64,000 nucleotides of DNA from NCBI GenBank assembly GCA_027923505.1, contig BROI01000019.1:62001-126000 (forward strand), in the 5' to 3' direction. The notes beneath the pieces are model-generated. The model was not told where the DNA came from. It searched no databases and saw only the letters and a list, made by a program, of their open reading frames with translations. Made by a program: the position numbers and the translations under genes. The stretch comes from Mayamaea pseudoterrestris. Its lineage: Eukaryota. Shown piece by piece: positions 12,296 to 22,929 of this stretch; the stretch's first letter is position 1, and each line of letters begins with the position of its first letter.

Positions 12296-14602
12296 CTACT
12301 TCAAGTCCCCGTTAAAAATAGAGTTTCGCCGACCGAAAAGGGTGCGCAAATCCACCTTGCCATCAAAGAGGTTGCACCAAGCTTTCTTCAGTGTGGCCAA
12401 CACACTGGAAGAATCGCGGACAACAATGTACCGACCATCCCTTGTACTTCGGATTAGTCGCAAATCTTCCAAGTCATTGAAAGCGGCGTTAAGGTCCATA
12501 TCGTGGTGCAGCATTGTATTGTTTAAATCATGAGCCAAAGCCATCTTGATAACACGCATGAGCTCGGACCGCTCGACGGATTCCATTTCTTGGCCAGCAA
12601 ACTTTTGGGACAGCAGAGTGTGGAATAGCGACGCTCGTAGTGCGCGTTGCGACCCTGCTTCTGTTGCGACATACTTCAGAGCACCCATGTTTCGATGAGT
12701 GATCTTGGTCGTTAAGAACGTTTTGACAAGCAGGTCGTATCGAGCAAGCTTGTTGCTATACCGAAAGAACGTGCGAATTATCCACAATGTTCCTGTTACA
12801 AGTGCCAAAAGGTCAAGACGAGGATTGTCGAATTTAAAGGAACTAACGACAAGTGCAAGACTTAGCAACGTGACGGAATCAAAGACAAATGCATCCGCTG
12901 GTCGAAAGATGAGTCTCGTTTTCGGCAGTACAGCCGGCAAATTGGCCATGGGAACGTTGTTAAACGCTCGAATTTCCATTTGTTTGGGCACGGGCTCTGG
13001 TGGCTCCGAAGGTCGCGGCGGAAGACCACCAATATCAAACATATCAGCGACATCATACACCCAAGGAGGAAGTTGCAAAGCTGGTTTCTTTCGACTCTCC
13101 TTTGCCGGGAGCGGCCTCCAGACCACAACTACTTCTTTATATGTTGGCTCGACAAGCTTTGATTTTGATACAAGTGTTTCAAGCAGCTTTCTTCGCATAT
13201 CTTTGCGAAACAAATTCACCAGGTTGCCGATACTGACGCGCTTTAACAGTTGCATTGAAGGCTTCCTCGGCTTCGATTGCGAAATGGCTCCATTGACGTC
13301 ATCGTATGGGCATTTTAGCTCACCCTTGTTCAAAAGCTGATACATTTCTTCTTCGGCAACTTCGCGCGCATCCTTAACTAGATGCCCTATTTCCGTCGTT
13401 CCATTGGAATCACAACAATTAATGCCGTCTCGGCAGACGATGAATGGGTTCAAGGCATCGGCAGGATCTGGTGCGCCCATGAAGCGCATCTTTGATCCGC
13501 CATAGCGAGATAAGGTGAATAGTTTACCTCGTGAAGACGCAAGTGCAATAGACTGTATCTTATCCGCTGCGTTGTCGACAATTTTTAGCCGTAGATAACT
13601 GACGGCTGGTAGCTTGGGAAAACTATCAAGGAGTGACAAGAGAATCGACCGCCCACCTTGAACAATCCTGCGATATTTATCGGTGATCAGAATTACGATC
13701 CATCGTTCCAACACGTTCAGTCGCAGTCGTACAAAAGCTGCGGAACGTTGCACCAATGATGCCTGCAGGTAGTCAAGTTTTGGTAGCAAGAGTCGCCCTT
13801 GGCTCACCTCTGCCGAATAGTCCCTCCAGTAAACAAGGACACGGCCTTCAAATAATAGTTCGTCTTCATTACTCCGTAGCTTTCCATCTTCTCTAACAAG
13901 CTCAGGATAAAATTGGCCAAAGAGATCAGGATCAAGTTCCCTCGTATCTGGTTGCAGTGACAGTCGCAAAAGATACCCAGCGTTCAAGGCGTCGCACAAG
14001 TCAATGTCGCGTCGCGAAAGTCGCTGAAAGCCGGCATCCTCCAGTACGTTTCGAGTCAGTGCAACTAGCTTCTTTTCTTCCTCTTGGTCATGTATGTTGC
14101 CGTCTTGTGCATGTTGTTGCATGTATTGCAGCTGTCGCGTTTCCTCATGCGCCATGGCATGGTAAATCGAGTCGAGACTTGCGAGCAACGTTGAATTGGC
14201 ATCAACCTTAAGATTCGTCAAGCACGACATGTCAAGCTTTGAGTCGGACCGGGTCACCACTCGACATATTGGAGCATCATTTTGCTGTCGATCATTCTTT
14301 GTTTGGCCATCTTGATCTAGATTCATCGGGGGCTGATCGGTCTTTACGGAAGCGAACCTTGTTGGTGTCCGAGGCGGAAATGGTAGCACTAAAGGCTTCT
14401 CCGCATCACCGTTGACTGCTGGATAGTTTGCATTAAAATGCGAAAGTGGTTCTTTTGCGACTGGTAGGCAAGAAACGAGTTTCGGACGCAATGAGCTCGA
14501 CAGAAAAGCCATGCTGCAGCAGGAGAGTAACCAGATGGTCACTGCAATGACTCTCGCAGCTCGGAAGGGACTGGGATGTAATTTCGATGCTTGCTTCATC
14601 AT
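12296..14602 (-). CDS. DUF3754 (TMEM143-like) protein, likely plastid-targeted
   Basis: 768-aa ORF with signal peptide ending CSMA-F; motifs FNNVPMANLPAVLP, two TM helices, then RNMGALKYVATEA, as in DUF3754. Confidence 0.7.
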   Translation of the reverse strand: MMKQASKLHPSPFRAARVIAVTIWLLSCCSMAFLSSSLRPKLVSCLPVAKEPLSHFNANYPAVNGDAEKPLVLPFPPRTPTRFASVKTDQPPMNLDQDGQTKNDRQQNDAPICRVVTRSDSKLDMSCLTNLKVDANSTLLASLDSIYHAMAHEETRQLQYMQQHAQDGNIHDQEEEKKLVALTRNVLEDAGFQRLSRRDIDLCDALNAGYLLRLSLQPDTRELDPDLFGQFYPELVREDGKLRSNEDELLFEGRVLVYWRDYSAEVSQGRLLLPKLDYLQASLVQRSAAFVRLRLNVLERWIVILITDKYRRIVQGGRSILLSLLDSFPKLPAVSYLRLKIVDNAADKIQSIALASSRGKLFTLSRYGGSKMRFMGAPDPADALNPFIVCRDGINCCDSNGTTEIGHLVKDAREVAEEEMYQLLNKGELKCPYDDVNGAISQSKPRKPSMQLLKRVSIGNLVNLFRKDMRRKLLETLVSKSKLVEPTYKEVVVVWRPLPAKESRKKPALQLPPWVYDVADMFDIGGLPPRPSEPPEPVPKQMEIRAFNNVPMANLPAVLPKTRLIFRPADAFVFDSVTLLSLALVVSSFKFDNPRLDLLALVTGTLWIIRTFFRYSNKLARYDLLVKTFLTTKITHRNMGALKYVATEAGSQRALRASLFHTLLSQKFAGQEMESVERSELMRVIKMALAHDLNNTMLHHDMDLNAAFNDLEDLRLIRSTRDGRYIVVRDSSSVLATLKKAWCNLFDGKVDLRTLFGRRNSIFNGDLK

Positions 14603-14786
14603 ACTGAGGCCCGACTTTACGTATGATGCGTCTTTTTGTAAATGTTGCTGCTGTTACAGATGGAGTTGGCGGCAGGAATGATAGATTCGTGTTGTGGAGT
14701 GAAGTGGAGTGAGTTCGTTGTCACTTCGTCGAAACGCGCAACGACTTGATTCGCTCGTTTAAATTTGGTGACGTGGCATTCGCGCC

Positions 14787-14986
14787 ATGTTTAGCTACCG
14801 ATGCGGTATACTCATGACTGCATCGGTCGCCATTTGTCTCAATACTCTTTACACTACAACATATAGCTGATGCGAGTGTTTAAATTATGTTTAGCTACCG
14901 ATGCGGTATATTCATGACTGCATCGGTCGCCATTTGTCTCAATACTCTTTACACTACAACATATAGCTGATGGGAGTGTTTAAATT
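14787..14986. repeat. 100-bp direct tandem duplication (2 copies, 2 mismatches)
   Basis: 14787-14886 and 14887-14986 both begin atgtttagctaccgatgcgg and end gagtgtttaaatt. Confidence 0.95.
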
Positions 14987-15021
14987 TATCGGTTAAAGAA
15001 AATTTCGATTACTAATGCTGC

Positions 15022-16188
15022 TCATCGACTTGCTGGCACGGACCCAAACCCAAGCCAATCCAATGTTCGGCAAGTCACCATGACCAAACCAAACAACGTG
15101 ACAAACAGCATACGCCTCCAAGCCGGACTCTCCAAGGTTGATCGATCCAATGCCACTCGATCGAGTCGCTCGACGTCCTCCCTACTTAACTGCCAACCCA
15201 AGCAACCAATCGAATCTTGCGCTTGTTGGACGGTTCGACACCCAACTAAAGGAATCACATCATGCTGAATGCACCAGTTCAATGCAACCTGCGCCATGCT
15301 CTTTTCGTACTTTTCGCTAAGTTCCTTTACGGTTGTTCGCAGAATAGTCAAGTCATCATACTTTAGGCGAAGCATCTTGGCCGGTTTGTTCTTCTCCATG
15401 CTTGCCGGCGTCAACCCATCCGTCAGTAAACCTTGACCAATTGGCGAAAACCCAATCACTTTGACATTAAGTTCGCGACACACGGTATGCATGTCTTGCA
15501 ACGCCTTGGAATTGTAGTCGAGTAACGAGTAGTGCACCTGGTTGCAAACAACTGGAACGCCGTACCTTTTGCCAGCGGCGACGGCCCGACGGACTTGGTC
15601 GGCGTTGCTGTAGAAGCGACGAGAAAGTTAATGGTTAGCATGCGCCACGACGGTGACACACATTTAAAAAGACTGCAGTCGCAATAAACCAGAAGCTCAC
15701 CAATTACTCAGACCCATGGACTTGATTAGCCCCTTTCTATAGCAAATGCTGCAAGCTTCTACCCAGTACTCGATGGGTCGCCAGTGCACTGGAGAATGCA
15801 GCAAATACACATCAATGCAGTCAATCTGTAGTAGCCGACAACTTTGACGAACGGCTCGCTCGAGATCAATGTGAAAGCATCGCCATGGAGCTGGAAGGAA
15901 TTTTGTCATGAGCACGGCGTCACTGGACAATGACTGCAATCGGCCAAGTCGCTTCTCCGATGTTCCACCTCCGTACCCTTCCGCCGTGTCGTATAATGTA
16001 ATCTGCGCCTGCTGGCAAAGTTTGACAATGTCGCGGCACGTTGATTCACTCAAGACACCCTTGCCGTTGATGAGCTTGTCGTCAATCCATGTTGTGCCCC
16101 ATTGCAGTGTTCCAATGGCGAGCGGGACCTTGAGAGTGATTTCTTTGTCAATGAGGGAGAGGGAAGTAGATGCTGTTTGAATGCTCAT
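15022..16188 (-). CDS. Aldo-keto reductase, 2 exons
   Basis: Exons 16188-15701 and 15607-15022; GT-AG intron 15700-15608 gives GLSNCNADQVR. Catalytic tetrad present (DTAEGY, TKF, LLHSP), plus NQVHYSLL and SPIGQGLLT. Confidence 0.9.
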
Positions 16189-16458
16189 GGTGATGGATTG
16201 AGTTGTGAGCGGTTGCGAGGTAACTGCGGATGAGAAGCGGCGTGACCTCGGAAGATCGCGTTTTGAGCGAAGAATGCAATCATGGTGTGACACTCATGGC
16301 GATTCAGCTAGGTGCGTATAGATGGAGTCTATGGTGGCAGCACGGGTGGGCTTTCTTTGCATCACGATCCGATAGTTTGGACCTACCGTAGCCAATTAAG
16401 AGACTGAACATGTCTGGTTATCACCGTGGCGGGAAGAGTAGACGGTGTTCGCTCGCCG

Positions 16459-18191
16459 CAATGCCAGGCACCTATAACCATACAGATGTAACTATTAAGG
16501 AAATATCTTATATCGTTAGTAATTACAATAGACACACGTCTAGTTTTCCTTCTCATCCTTATCAGCCTCACGAATTGCTGCTGCTACTTCGCGAAGTCCC
16601 CATAAATTACTATGGAGCTTCAGAAAAAGCAAAACTTCAAATGAGTATGGCGTCATTCCAGCGCGCTCAACTGACAATATTTGCTTGGCATGGCTAAAGC
16701 ATTGCTCAACTGTATTATTGGTTCCAAGAATGAAGCGACAGTCCATGTACTTGCTTTTTCCATTTTGTGAATCACTTGCGTCGCCATCCAGGAAATCTTC
16801 CACCTTCTTGCGCCGCTTTGTGGCAGGACTAGCAACCTCATCGTCGAACCCCTTGTCATCCACTTCTTCCTCTTCGTCAGAGAGGAGCAAACATCGAACC
16901 GCACGTTTCTCTTCACGAGTAAGTTGCCGCTCCTTCCCTTTCTGGATCTTAATTACTCCCTGCTTAAAGTGTTTATACTTGACAACGTCAGAGGATGGCA
17001 CGCAGAGGTTGGTGACATTCTCCTCAATATTATTGCCAATATAATAGTCCTTCAACAAGCGATCAATGTGTTCCCTGTGGTGTTGTGCTGTGAAGTTGCT
17101 AACTTCCTCCTCCTCCTCTTCCTCCTCCTCCTCCTCGTCGCGCTCGATACTGTCGTCACCAAATATATCAGCCAATGCATCCGCAACAGCGCGGTCAACA
17201 CCTGCATGGTTGGCCAATGGGGAAATAGAAAGTAAGAGCTCCTTTAGCTCACCCCCTTGTAAAAAGGCAGCATATACAGCGAGATAGTGGACATTATGCG
17301 CCGTCCATCCGTCGAAATGACAAGCAAACTTATTTGGCAACATGTTGGATATCTTTTTCTCGACAATTGGAACCAATTTGAGCAAATACTTGCGCATTGT
17401 AGAAGACGACGGCCAGTGCTGTTGGTGAATGCTATTGGATTTGAACGATTGCTTGTCCAAGGTTGAAATAGGAAGGTCGTTGTCGACAAAAAACCAGCGC
17501 ATGATGGAATGTATGGCCTTGTCTCGGTCAGATGGGATCTGAAAGAAATTCTGCATCTGCCGTTGCTGCTTTGCGGTGCTGTTCGATTTTTGAAGCTCCT
17601 CAATCGCCTCGCGAACGCGTTTGTCAGTGCCAGCGACAGAAATGCAGGTGTCCATATGATTCTCAAGGTTCTTGAAGCCAGAATTAGCAATGATGTTGAA
17701 CTCTCTTTTGCATACATCATTCAAACACTGGAAGCGGTGGAAGAATCGTTGCTTTCCGGTCTCGTAGCGAGTTTCAATGTACTGGAAGCAAAACTTTGCG
17801 ATGCATGTAGGTCGCTTGCCCTTGTCGGATGGATCCCATTTCTCGCTGTAGGACGGAATTTTTGCCCCTGCAGGTGGTGCGCCCCAGACATAGGGCGCCA
17901 TTTAGCTGTAGCAGTCTTTTACTGAGAAATGGAAGGTATGGTGGCAGTCGACTGCTAGAAGAATGAATGGTATAAGAAGATGCTCCCTGCCGACCTTCTA
18001 CGGTACGTCGTCATTGTGCAAGCATGTTGAGTAGCGATGTGCGATGTCGTATCGATTTAGCTATCCACAATTAACTAATTGCATTGCTCAGTGTTGGCAA
18101 TCAATTATTGGAGTATAGCAAGCAAAGCAATAAATTCTTGTATTACAGTATTGCAGTATGTCGCAGTGACAATTATTTTTTCCCAGCATTG
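16459..18191 (-). mobile_element. Defective hAT DNA transposon (boundaries approximate)
   Basis: Transposase ORF plus AT-rich subterminal region. The candidate 5' end reads CAATGCTGGGAAAAAATAATTG on the minus strand from 18191. Only a weak partner (caatgccagg, 16459) and no 8-bp TSD were found. Confidence 0.5.
16540..17901 (-). CDS. hAT-family transposase, internally deleted
   Basis: BED-like Cys/His N-terminus, first catalytic Asp in FDGWT, C-terminal TNNTVEQCFS/hAT dimerisation motif. The central DN, CxxH and RW motifs are absent. Confidence 0.8.
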   Translation of the reverse strand: MAPYVWGAPPAGAKIPSYSEKWDPSDKGKRPTCIAKFCFQYIETRYETGKQRFFHRFQCLNDVCKREFNIIANSGFKNLENHMDTCISVAGTDKRVREAIEELQKSNSTAKQQRQMQNFFQIPSDRDKAIHSIMRWFFVDNDLPISTLDKQSFKSNSIHQQHWPSSSTMRKYLLKLVPIVEKKISNMLPNKFACHFDGWTAHNVHYLAVYAAFLQGGELKELLLSISPLANHAGVDRAVADALADIFGDDSIERDEEEEEEEEEEEVSNFTAQHHREHIDRLLKDYYIGNNIEENVTNLCVPSSDVVKYKHFKQGVIKIQKGKERQLTREEKRAVRCLLLSDEEEEVDDKGFDDEVASPATKRRKKVEDFLDGDASDSQNGKSKYMDCRFILGTNNTVEQCFSHAKQILSVERAGMTPYSFEVLLFLKLHSNLWGLREVAAAIREADKDEKEN

Positions 18192-18311
18192 TTACACCTT
18201 GCCTATCATCAAGCGCGTAGCATCTCCTGCCTTGCCGTTGCTCGTTTTCAAATTATCTAGCCAACAGTTGAAGTATATGTACATTTCTATATAGTCTTGA
18301 AGCGATACTCT

Positions 18312-18615
18312 TTATCTAGCTTCGAACTGGATCACTGCAGGTGCGAAAAAAGAAGTAGTTGAGCCAACTGTAATTTTGACGAATATATATCGAGAACAAC
18401 GCAAATATGAAGCATGACTCCTACTTACGTCGCTTTGTCCTTGTCTTGTACAAGATGCGGAACCCACATTGACGGCAGCGGACTGGATCGCCACCTTTGA
18501 TCAAGTTCTTTGCGCCGCAGTCGCCGCAGCGATACTCGACGCCTCGCATAAGTGGAACACTCGGAATTCCTGCAGATGTGTTTCCACCAGTCATTGGACT
18601 ACCAGGCGATGACAT
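18312..18615 (-). CDS. RPB12: RNA polymerases I/II/III shared subunit RPABC4 (Rpb12), 2 exons
   Basis: [20 protein letters not shown] zinc ribbon. Intron 18428-18335 (GTAAGT..CAG) restores the C-terminus KRLIQFEAR*. Confidence 0.95.
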
Positions 18616-19038
18616 ACTGATAGTTCTTGCTTAGTGAAGCTATGTTGTTTACTCAAAGTCGAAGATCAAAAGCCGTCGAAGTCGAAGTGTCGAAATTGAC
18701 TGCGAAACTGGATGGAACGCGACGAATGATGGTCAGCTCATCACCCAATGCATCGGCGACTGTGCTAAAGTCGAGCTACTCGAGAGATGTAAAGAACTTG
18801 GACAAGTTAAAGCCATTCGTCATTATCCTACCGGTAAGTAGACAGCAAGCCAAGGCTTTGTTGCCTTACAGTTACAGAAATTATAAGCCAAGCATGCGCG
18901 CGTACAATACTGATGAAATAAAAGTTATAGATATGAGAGACAGAGCTCATGCACCTTTGGTTGCTGTTACAAAGACACTCCATAATGTGTCGCCTTCGCG
19001 ACGCCTCCTGCTACTTGTACATTCCAGGTGCAAGCCGT

Positions 19039-20105
19039 TTACATAAAGTCTGTTGGAGGAATCGTTCGAAAGTCTTTAATGGAAAGTATTTCAAGAACTT
19101 CCTTGGTGCACAAATTGTGATGAATGGCACATGCCATCGGAGTGAGACCGTGCTTGTTCACCTCATGAATTACTTCGGGTTGAAGCTCTACGAGACTCTC
19201 GGCAACCCTGGGAGAGCAGCCATGCATAGCTGCAATGTGAATTGGCAGATTGTCCTCATCGTCGCGCAAAGTCGCCGCGCTATGATCATGTTGCAACAAG
19301 AGCATTGCCTGCTCGTCATTGCCAACACCCTTTTTCAGCGAAACATGTAGCGGCGTTTCGCCAAACTTGTTGCTCTTGACAAGTACTTCGGGTGCTTTTT
19401 GAATAAGGAGCTCGAGAGTTTGCAACGAAGCTCCCGACTGAACAGCAATGTGCAACGGAAATGCCCCGTCTCGTGTCTGCTGGCTTAGCAAGCCATAATG
19501 CAAATCCGTCGCATCCTTGTGCATGCCTCCCGTCGGATCGAAAATGGCATGGTTCTGGTTCTCGTCATGCCCAGTATGATTGTATGGAGCGGGGTCTCCC
19601 ATCTGGTCGAAAAAAGGTAGAAGTGTTAACAAAGTGCATGTCAAGATACCAAACTATTCAGCTTCCATACAGTACCACATGCCTTAATACACTTGTCCAG
19701 GGCCAACGAATAAGCCTTGACTAACAGGCGGATGACGTCGTCATTCAACGGTGCAAACCGCAGCGCCATGTGTAGCGGAAGAAGCCCCTCTCGATTCACC
19801 GTTGCGAGAGCGTCCGGATGCGCTTCCAGCAACAACTGCACCATTTCCGTTGTCATGACTTGCGAACACACGGCCACATGGAGCGGCGTGTTTCCATGAA
19901 CATCCTCGACAGACGCCGCCTCTGGACAAGCTTGTAAGAGCGACTTGATGGCGTCGACGTTTGGATTCCGCCAAACGGCGCAGTGCAGAGGCGTCCATCC
20001 GTGATCCTCCACGCTCAGAATCGATTCGGGATGCTCATGGGCTTCCTTGACAATGTCGTCGGGGCGCCCATTCTCGCAGGCTTCGTGGAGATTTGTCCAA
20101 GTCAT
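19039..20105 (-). CDS. Ankyrin-repeat protein, 2 exons
   Basis: Multiple TPLH/LPLH ankyrin repeats in two adjacent ORFs; acceptor CAG before 19602; donor at 19682 (GC) or 19670 (GT). Confidence 0.85.
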
Positions 20106-20269
20106 GATAAACAAACTTTCGTCTCGGTTGTTGCAATCTGAAGTGTTGCTTTGTGCAAGCAGAAGGGTGAATGGACGTCACGTGAAATCCGGTTCGCATC
20201 CCGTCGAATTCGAGGATCGCGTTTCGTCTTGTCGCACCATCACACCATAAACCGCTGCGACATTAAAAA

Positions 20270-21709
20270 ATGAGTCATGCCATTCGTTCCGTCGAGTACT
20301 CGTCGTCGGTCACCATGGAGATTCGATCGTTTGCACAGCGCGTAGTCACGGAAACCCGCAATCTCATTTGGCTAGTCATGGACGGCAATGACTATGATAA
20401 TCATAACGCTCAACAATACTGCTCATCTTGGTGGTGGAGTGGCATTCACCGTTCCCGACGCAAGTCTACAACGCAAACATTGCCATCAACATCATTTCCA
20501 TCGCGCAGTCACTGGATGGCCTTGCTGCTTGGTCAGGCGATTGCCCTCTTGGCAGCCTCCATGAATGCAGCATCATTTACGCTAGTGTCTAGATTCCATG
20601 TGCAGACGCAAATGTTTCAAATGTTCTTTCTTTATATACTGCTGTCCATGTTTCTTTTTCGACGGAAACCAATTGCATCAGGCAGCTGCATCTCTCAACA
20701 ACAGTCAGAGTCATACGCAATCCCTGGTTGCTCGCGCATCAAACTACGCGCTCCATGGTGGATATATCTCTTGTGCAGCATTCTCGACGTGTTTCCCAAT
20801 TTCCTCGCCCTCTTGTCTCTCAAATACACGTCACTGACGAGCGCCGTCATTTTGGGCTCGCTGACCATTCCTAGCACCATGTGTTTCGCCAAGCTCATTC
20901 TCAAAAAGTCCTTTCGACCTGCGCAGTATCTTGGTGTCTGTCTCTGCGTGATTGGAGGTGTCATGATTGTCTTTGCGGATTCGTCAGTGACGGAAACGAG
21001 TGTTGCGTCGAGCAACGACGGCGGCAACAACGATAACACTACGTTCGACGAACCACCAACATCAACTTCACTACTCGACACGTTTTGGGGCGACGCCATG
21101 GCGATTGGTGCCGCCGTTTGCTACGGACTCGGTGATACCGTTGCGGAATACTTTTGCAAGCACGTGGAACGAAACGAATACCTCGGCATGCTTGGGCTTT
21201 ATGGAATGCTCTTTACCGGAATCAGTTTTCCAATGTTGGAGCATGATGCCTTGCGCAGCATTGCGCTGCAGTCCACGTACACGCAGTGGTGCATTGCCGG
21301 CATTTTCATGTGGTACGTGGCATCCGTCTACTTTTACTACACGACGGTGGCCGTCTTTTTGATCTCGTCGGACGCCACCTTGCTCAATATGAGCATGCAG
21401 GCGGCCACTCTTTGGACGATTATATTTTCCATTGCCGTTGATCACCAGGCGACGCCGTCGAATCTCTTTTTTGCGGCAGCTGCTCTCATTGTTGGTGGCG
21501 TCTTTGTCTATGAAGTGGCGCAACGCCCGTATGATGGTGCGCTGGAGCATTTGCCGACAGTCGTGGCGCAGGACGAATCAATGGATGAGGAAATTGTTGA
21601 AGGCGATGACGATGATGAGTTTGGTGAAGTCGAAGAAGTAAATATACAAGAACAACGGAGAAAAACTGACAGCGTCGACATTCGGCTACCGGCTATACAG
21701 CTTGCTTGA
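20270..21709 (+). CDS. SLC35F1/F2-like (DUF914) drug/metabolite transporter
   Basis: About 10 TM helices; motifs LLLGQAIALL, KYTSLTSA, GDAMAIGAAVCYG, EYLGMLGLYG, SDATLLNMS. Confidence 0.8.
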   Translation: MSHAIRSVEYSSSVTMEIRSFAQRVVTETRNLIWLVMDGNDYDNHNAQQYCSSWWWSGIHRSRRKSTTQTLPSTSFPSRSHWMALLLGQAIALLAASMNAASFTLVSRFHVQTQMFQMFFLYILLSMFLFRRKPIASGSCISQQQSESYAIPGCSRIKLRAPWWIYLLCSILDVFPNFLALLSLKYTSLTSAVILGSLTIPSTMCFAKLILKKSFRPAQYLGVCLCVIGGVMIVFADSSVTETSVASSNDGGNNDNTTFDEPPTSTSLLDTFWGDAMAIGAAVCYGLGDTVAEYFCKHVERNEYLGMLGLYGMLFTGISFPMLEHDALRSIALQSTYTQWCIAGIFMWYVASVYFYYTTVAVFLISSDATLLNMSMQAATLWTIIFSIAVDHQATPSNLFFAAAALIVGGVFVYEVAQRPYDGALEHLPTVVAQDESMDEEIVEGDDDDEFGEVEEVNIQEQRRKTDSVDIRLPAIQLA

Positions 21710-21836
21710 AAGTTCATTCATAGCATTAGGCAATATTTATATTATTCAAAGGCGTCGTATAGTCGTTACAGTGCTTTACATTGCAAGTCCGGCGTCGCAT
21801 CCTCATGCAACCCTCGATTTCGTAAATATTACTTGC

Positions 21837-22457
21837 TCAGGACATTGCGTATCCCGAAAGGAACAAGATGAAGAAGAGTGCCAATCCTCCAAAGATAGCC
21901 AAATTCTTTTGTCCCGCCGACCACGAGTTGGTTCCAAATCCGTAGCCCTGATTGACCTCAAATCCAGGAATTTCTTCCACAACTTCAGCAAAGGAATCCT
22001 TGCTCGCTCGACAGACTGGACATCGCCAGTTGCTTGGCAAGTCCAAGAATACAGTTCCCGGCTTGACTAATCCACCAATCATCATGCTGTCACCCTTGTC
22101 TTGGTCGTACGTCCAATCGCAGTTGGTGCACTTGTGCTTGCCGGTGGATTTTTTCATAAAGACTTCCTGCGCGCGAAGCTCCTCGGCCTTGAGTTGCTTT
22201 TCGAGTGCCTTGCGACTTTCCTCGTCCATGGTTTCCATGGCGGCTGCCATTGGATCAATTTCTGCTTTTGATGGTGACGCTGCTTCTGACTCTTCCTTGG
22301 TGTCACTCATGTACAGCCAAGTAGTTTGTCGTAGTGTCGCAGCTGAGTGAAAGGCTACTCGAGTGCGAATGGATGGCTGTTGGAAAGCATTATTTACTGC
22401 TGCAGCGCATATCAGCAGCGCCAATGATAGTAAGCGAGAAGATTGCCTGGTCGTCAT
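21837..22457 (-). CDS. Plastid membrane-anchored rubredoxin (RubA/RBD1-like)
   Basis: Signal peptide ending NNA-F plus transit peptide; CTNC...DLPSNWRCPVC rubredoxin motif; C-terminal TM helix. Confidence 0.9.
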   Translation of the reverse strand: MTTRQSSRLLSLALLICAAAVNNAFQQPSIRTRVAFHSAATLRQTTWLYMSDTKEESEAASPSKAEIDPMAAAMETMDEESRKALEKQLKAEELRAQEVFMKKSTGKHKCTNCDWTYDQDKGDSMMIGGLVKPGTVFLDLPSNWRCPVCRASKDSFAEVVEEIPGFEVNQGYGFGTNSWSAGQKNLAIFGGLALFFILFLSGYAMS

Positions 22458-22929
22458 GGTCTTGTATGGGAATGTTTGTTATGGTTGGGAAGAGTATGGT
22501 GTCGAGCGAGTAACTTCTGATGCTGCAACATCGTCATCGTCGAGTTGGCAGCGATCAAAAGATTCGGCGCGCCATCACTGACGTTGCGAAATGTCGCACC
22601 AACACAAGATAGTTGGTCCGGTACCCAACGGTCTTCTTCATTCGTTCTGCGCTTCTTCGCTCTCCATTCTCAAAGGCTTGCTGCTTGCTGAGCAAGCGGC
22701 TCCACTATACAACACTTAAATCTGGACTTACTACAAACAAGTACTGTAAGTGTACAGCGGACCAAACAGCTTGGGAAAGTCTTGCCGTTGAGTAAATTGA
22801 TGTCGCACCGAAACACGTGTGACTCACTGTCGCGCCGGCCGCGCTCACAAGTTCCGTCCACTCGATTGGAACGCGCTCGCATCACGTGCTTCATAGTCAA
22901 CCAAGGCAATGCTTGTTATTTACAAATGA

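Noticed and set aside
16451..18199. Intact hAT TIR pair with 8-bp TSD
   Set aside because: Only 6 terminal bases match (CAATGC), and the flanks differ (gctcgccg versus ttacacct).
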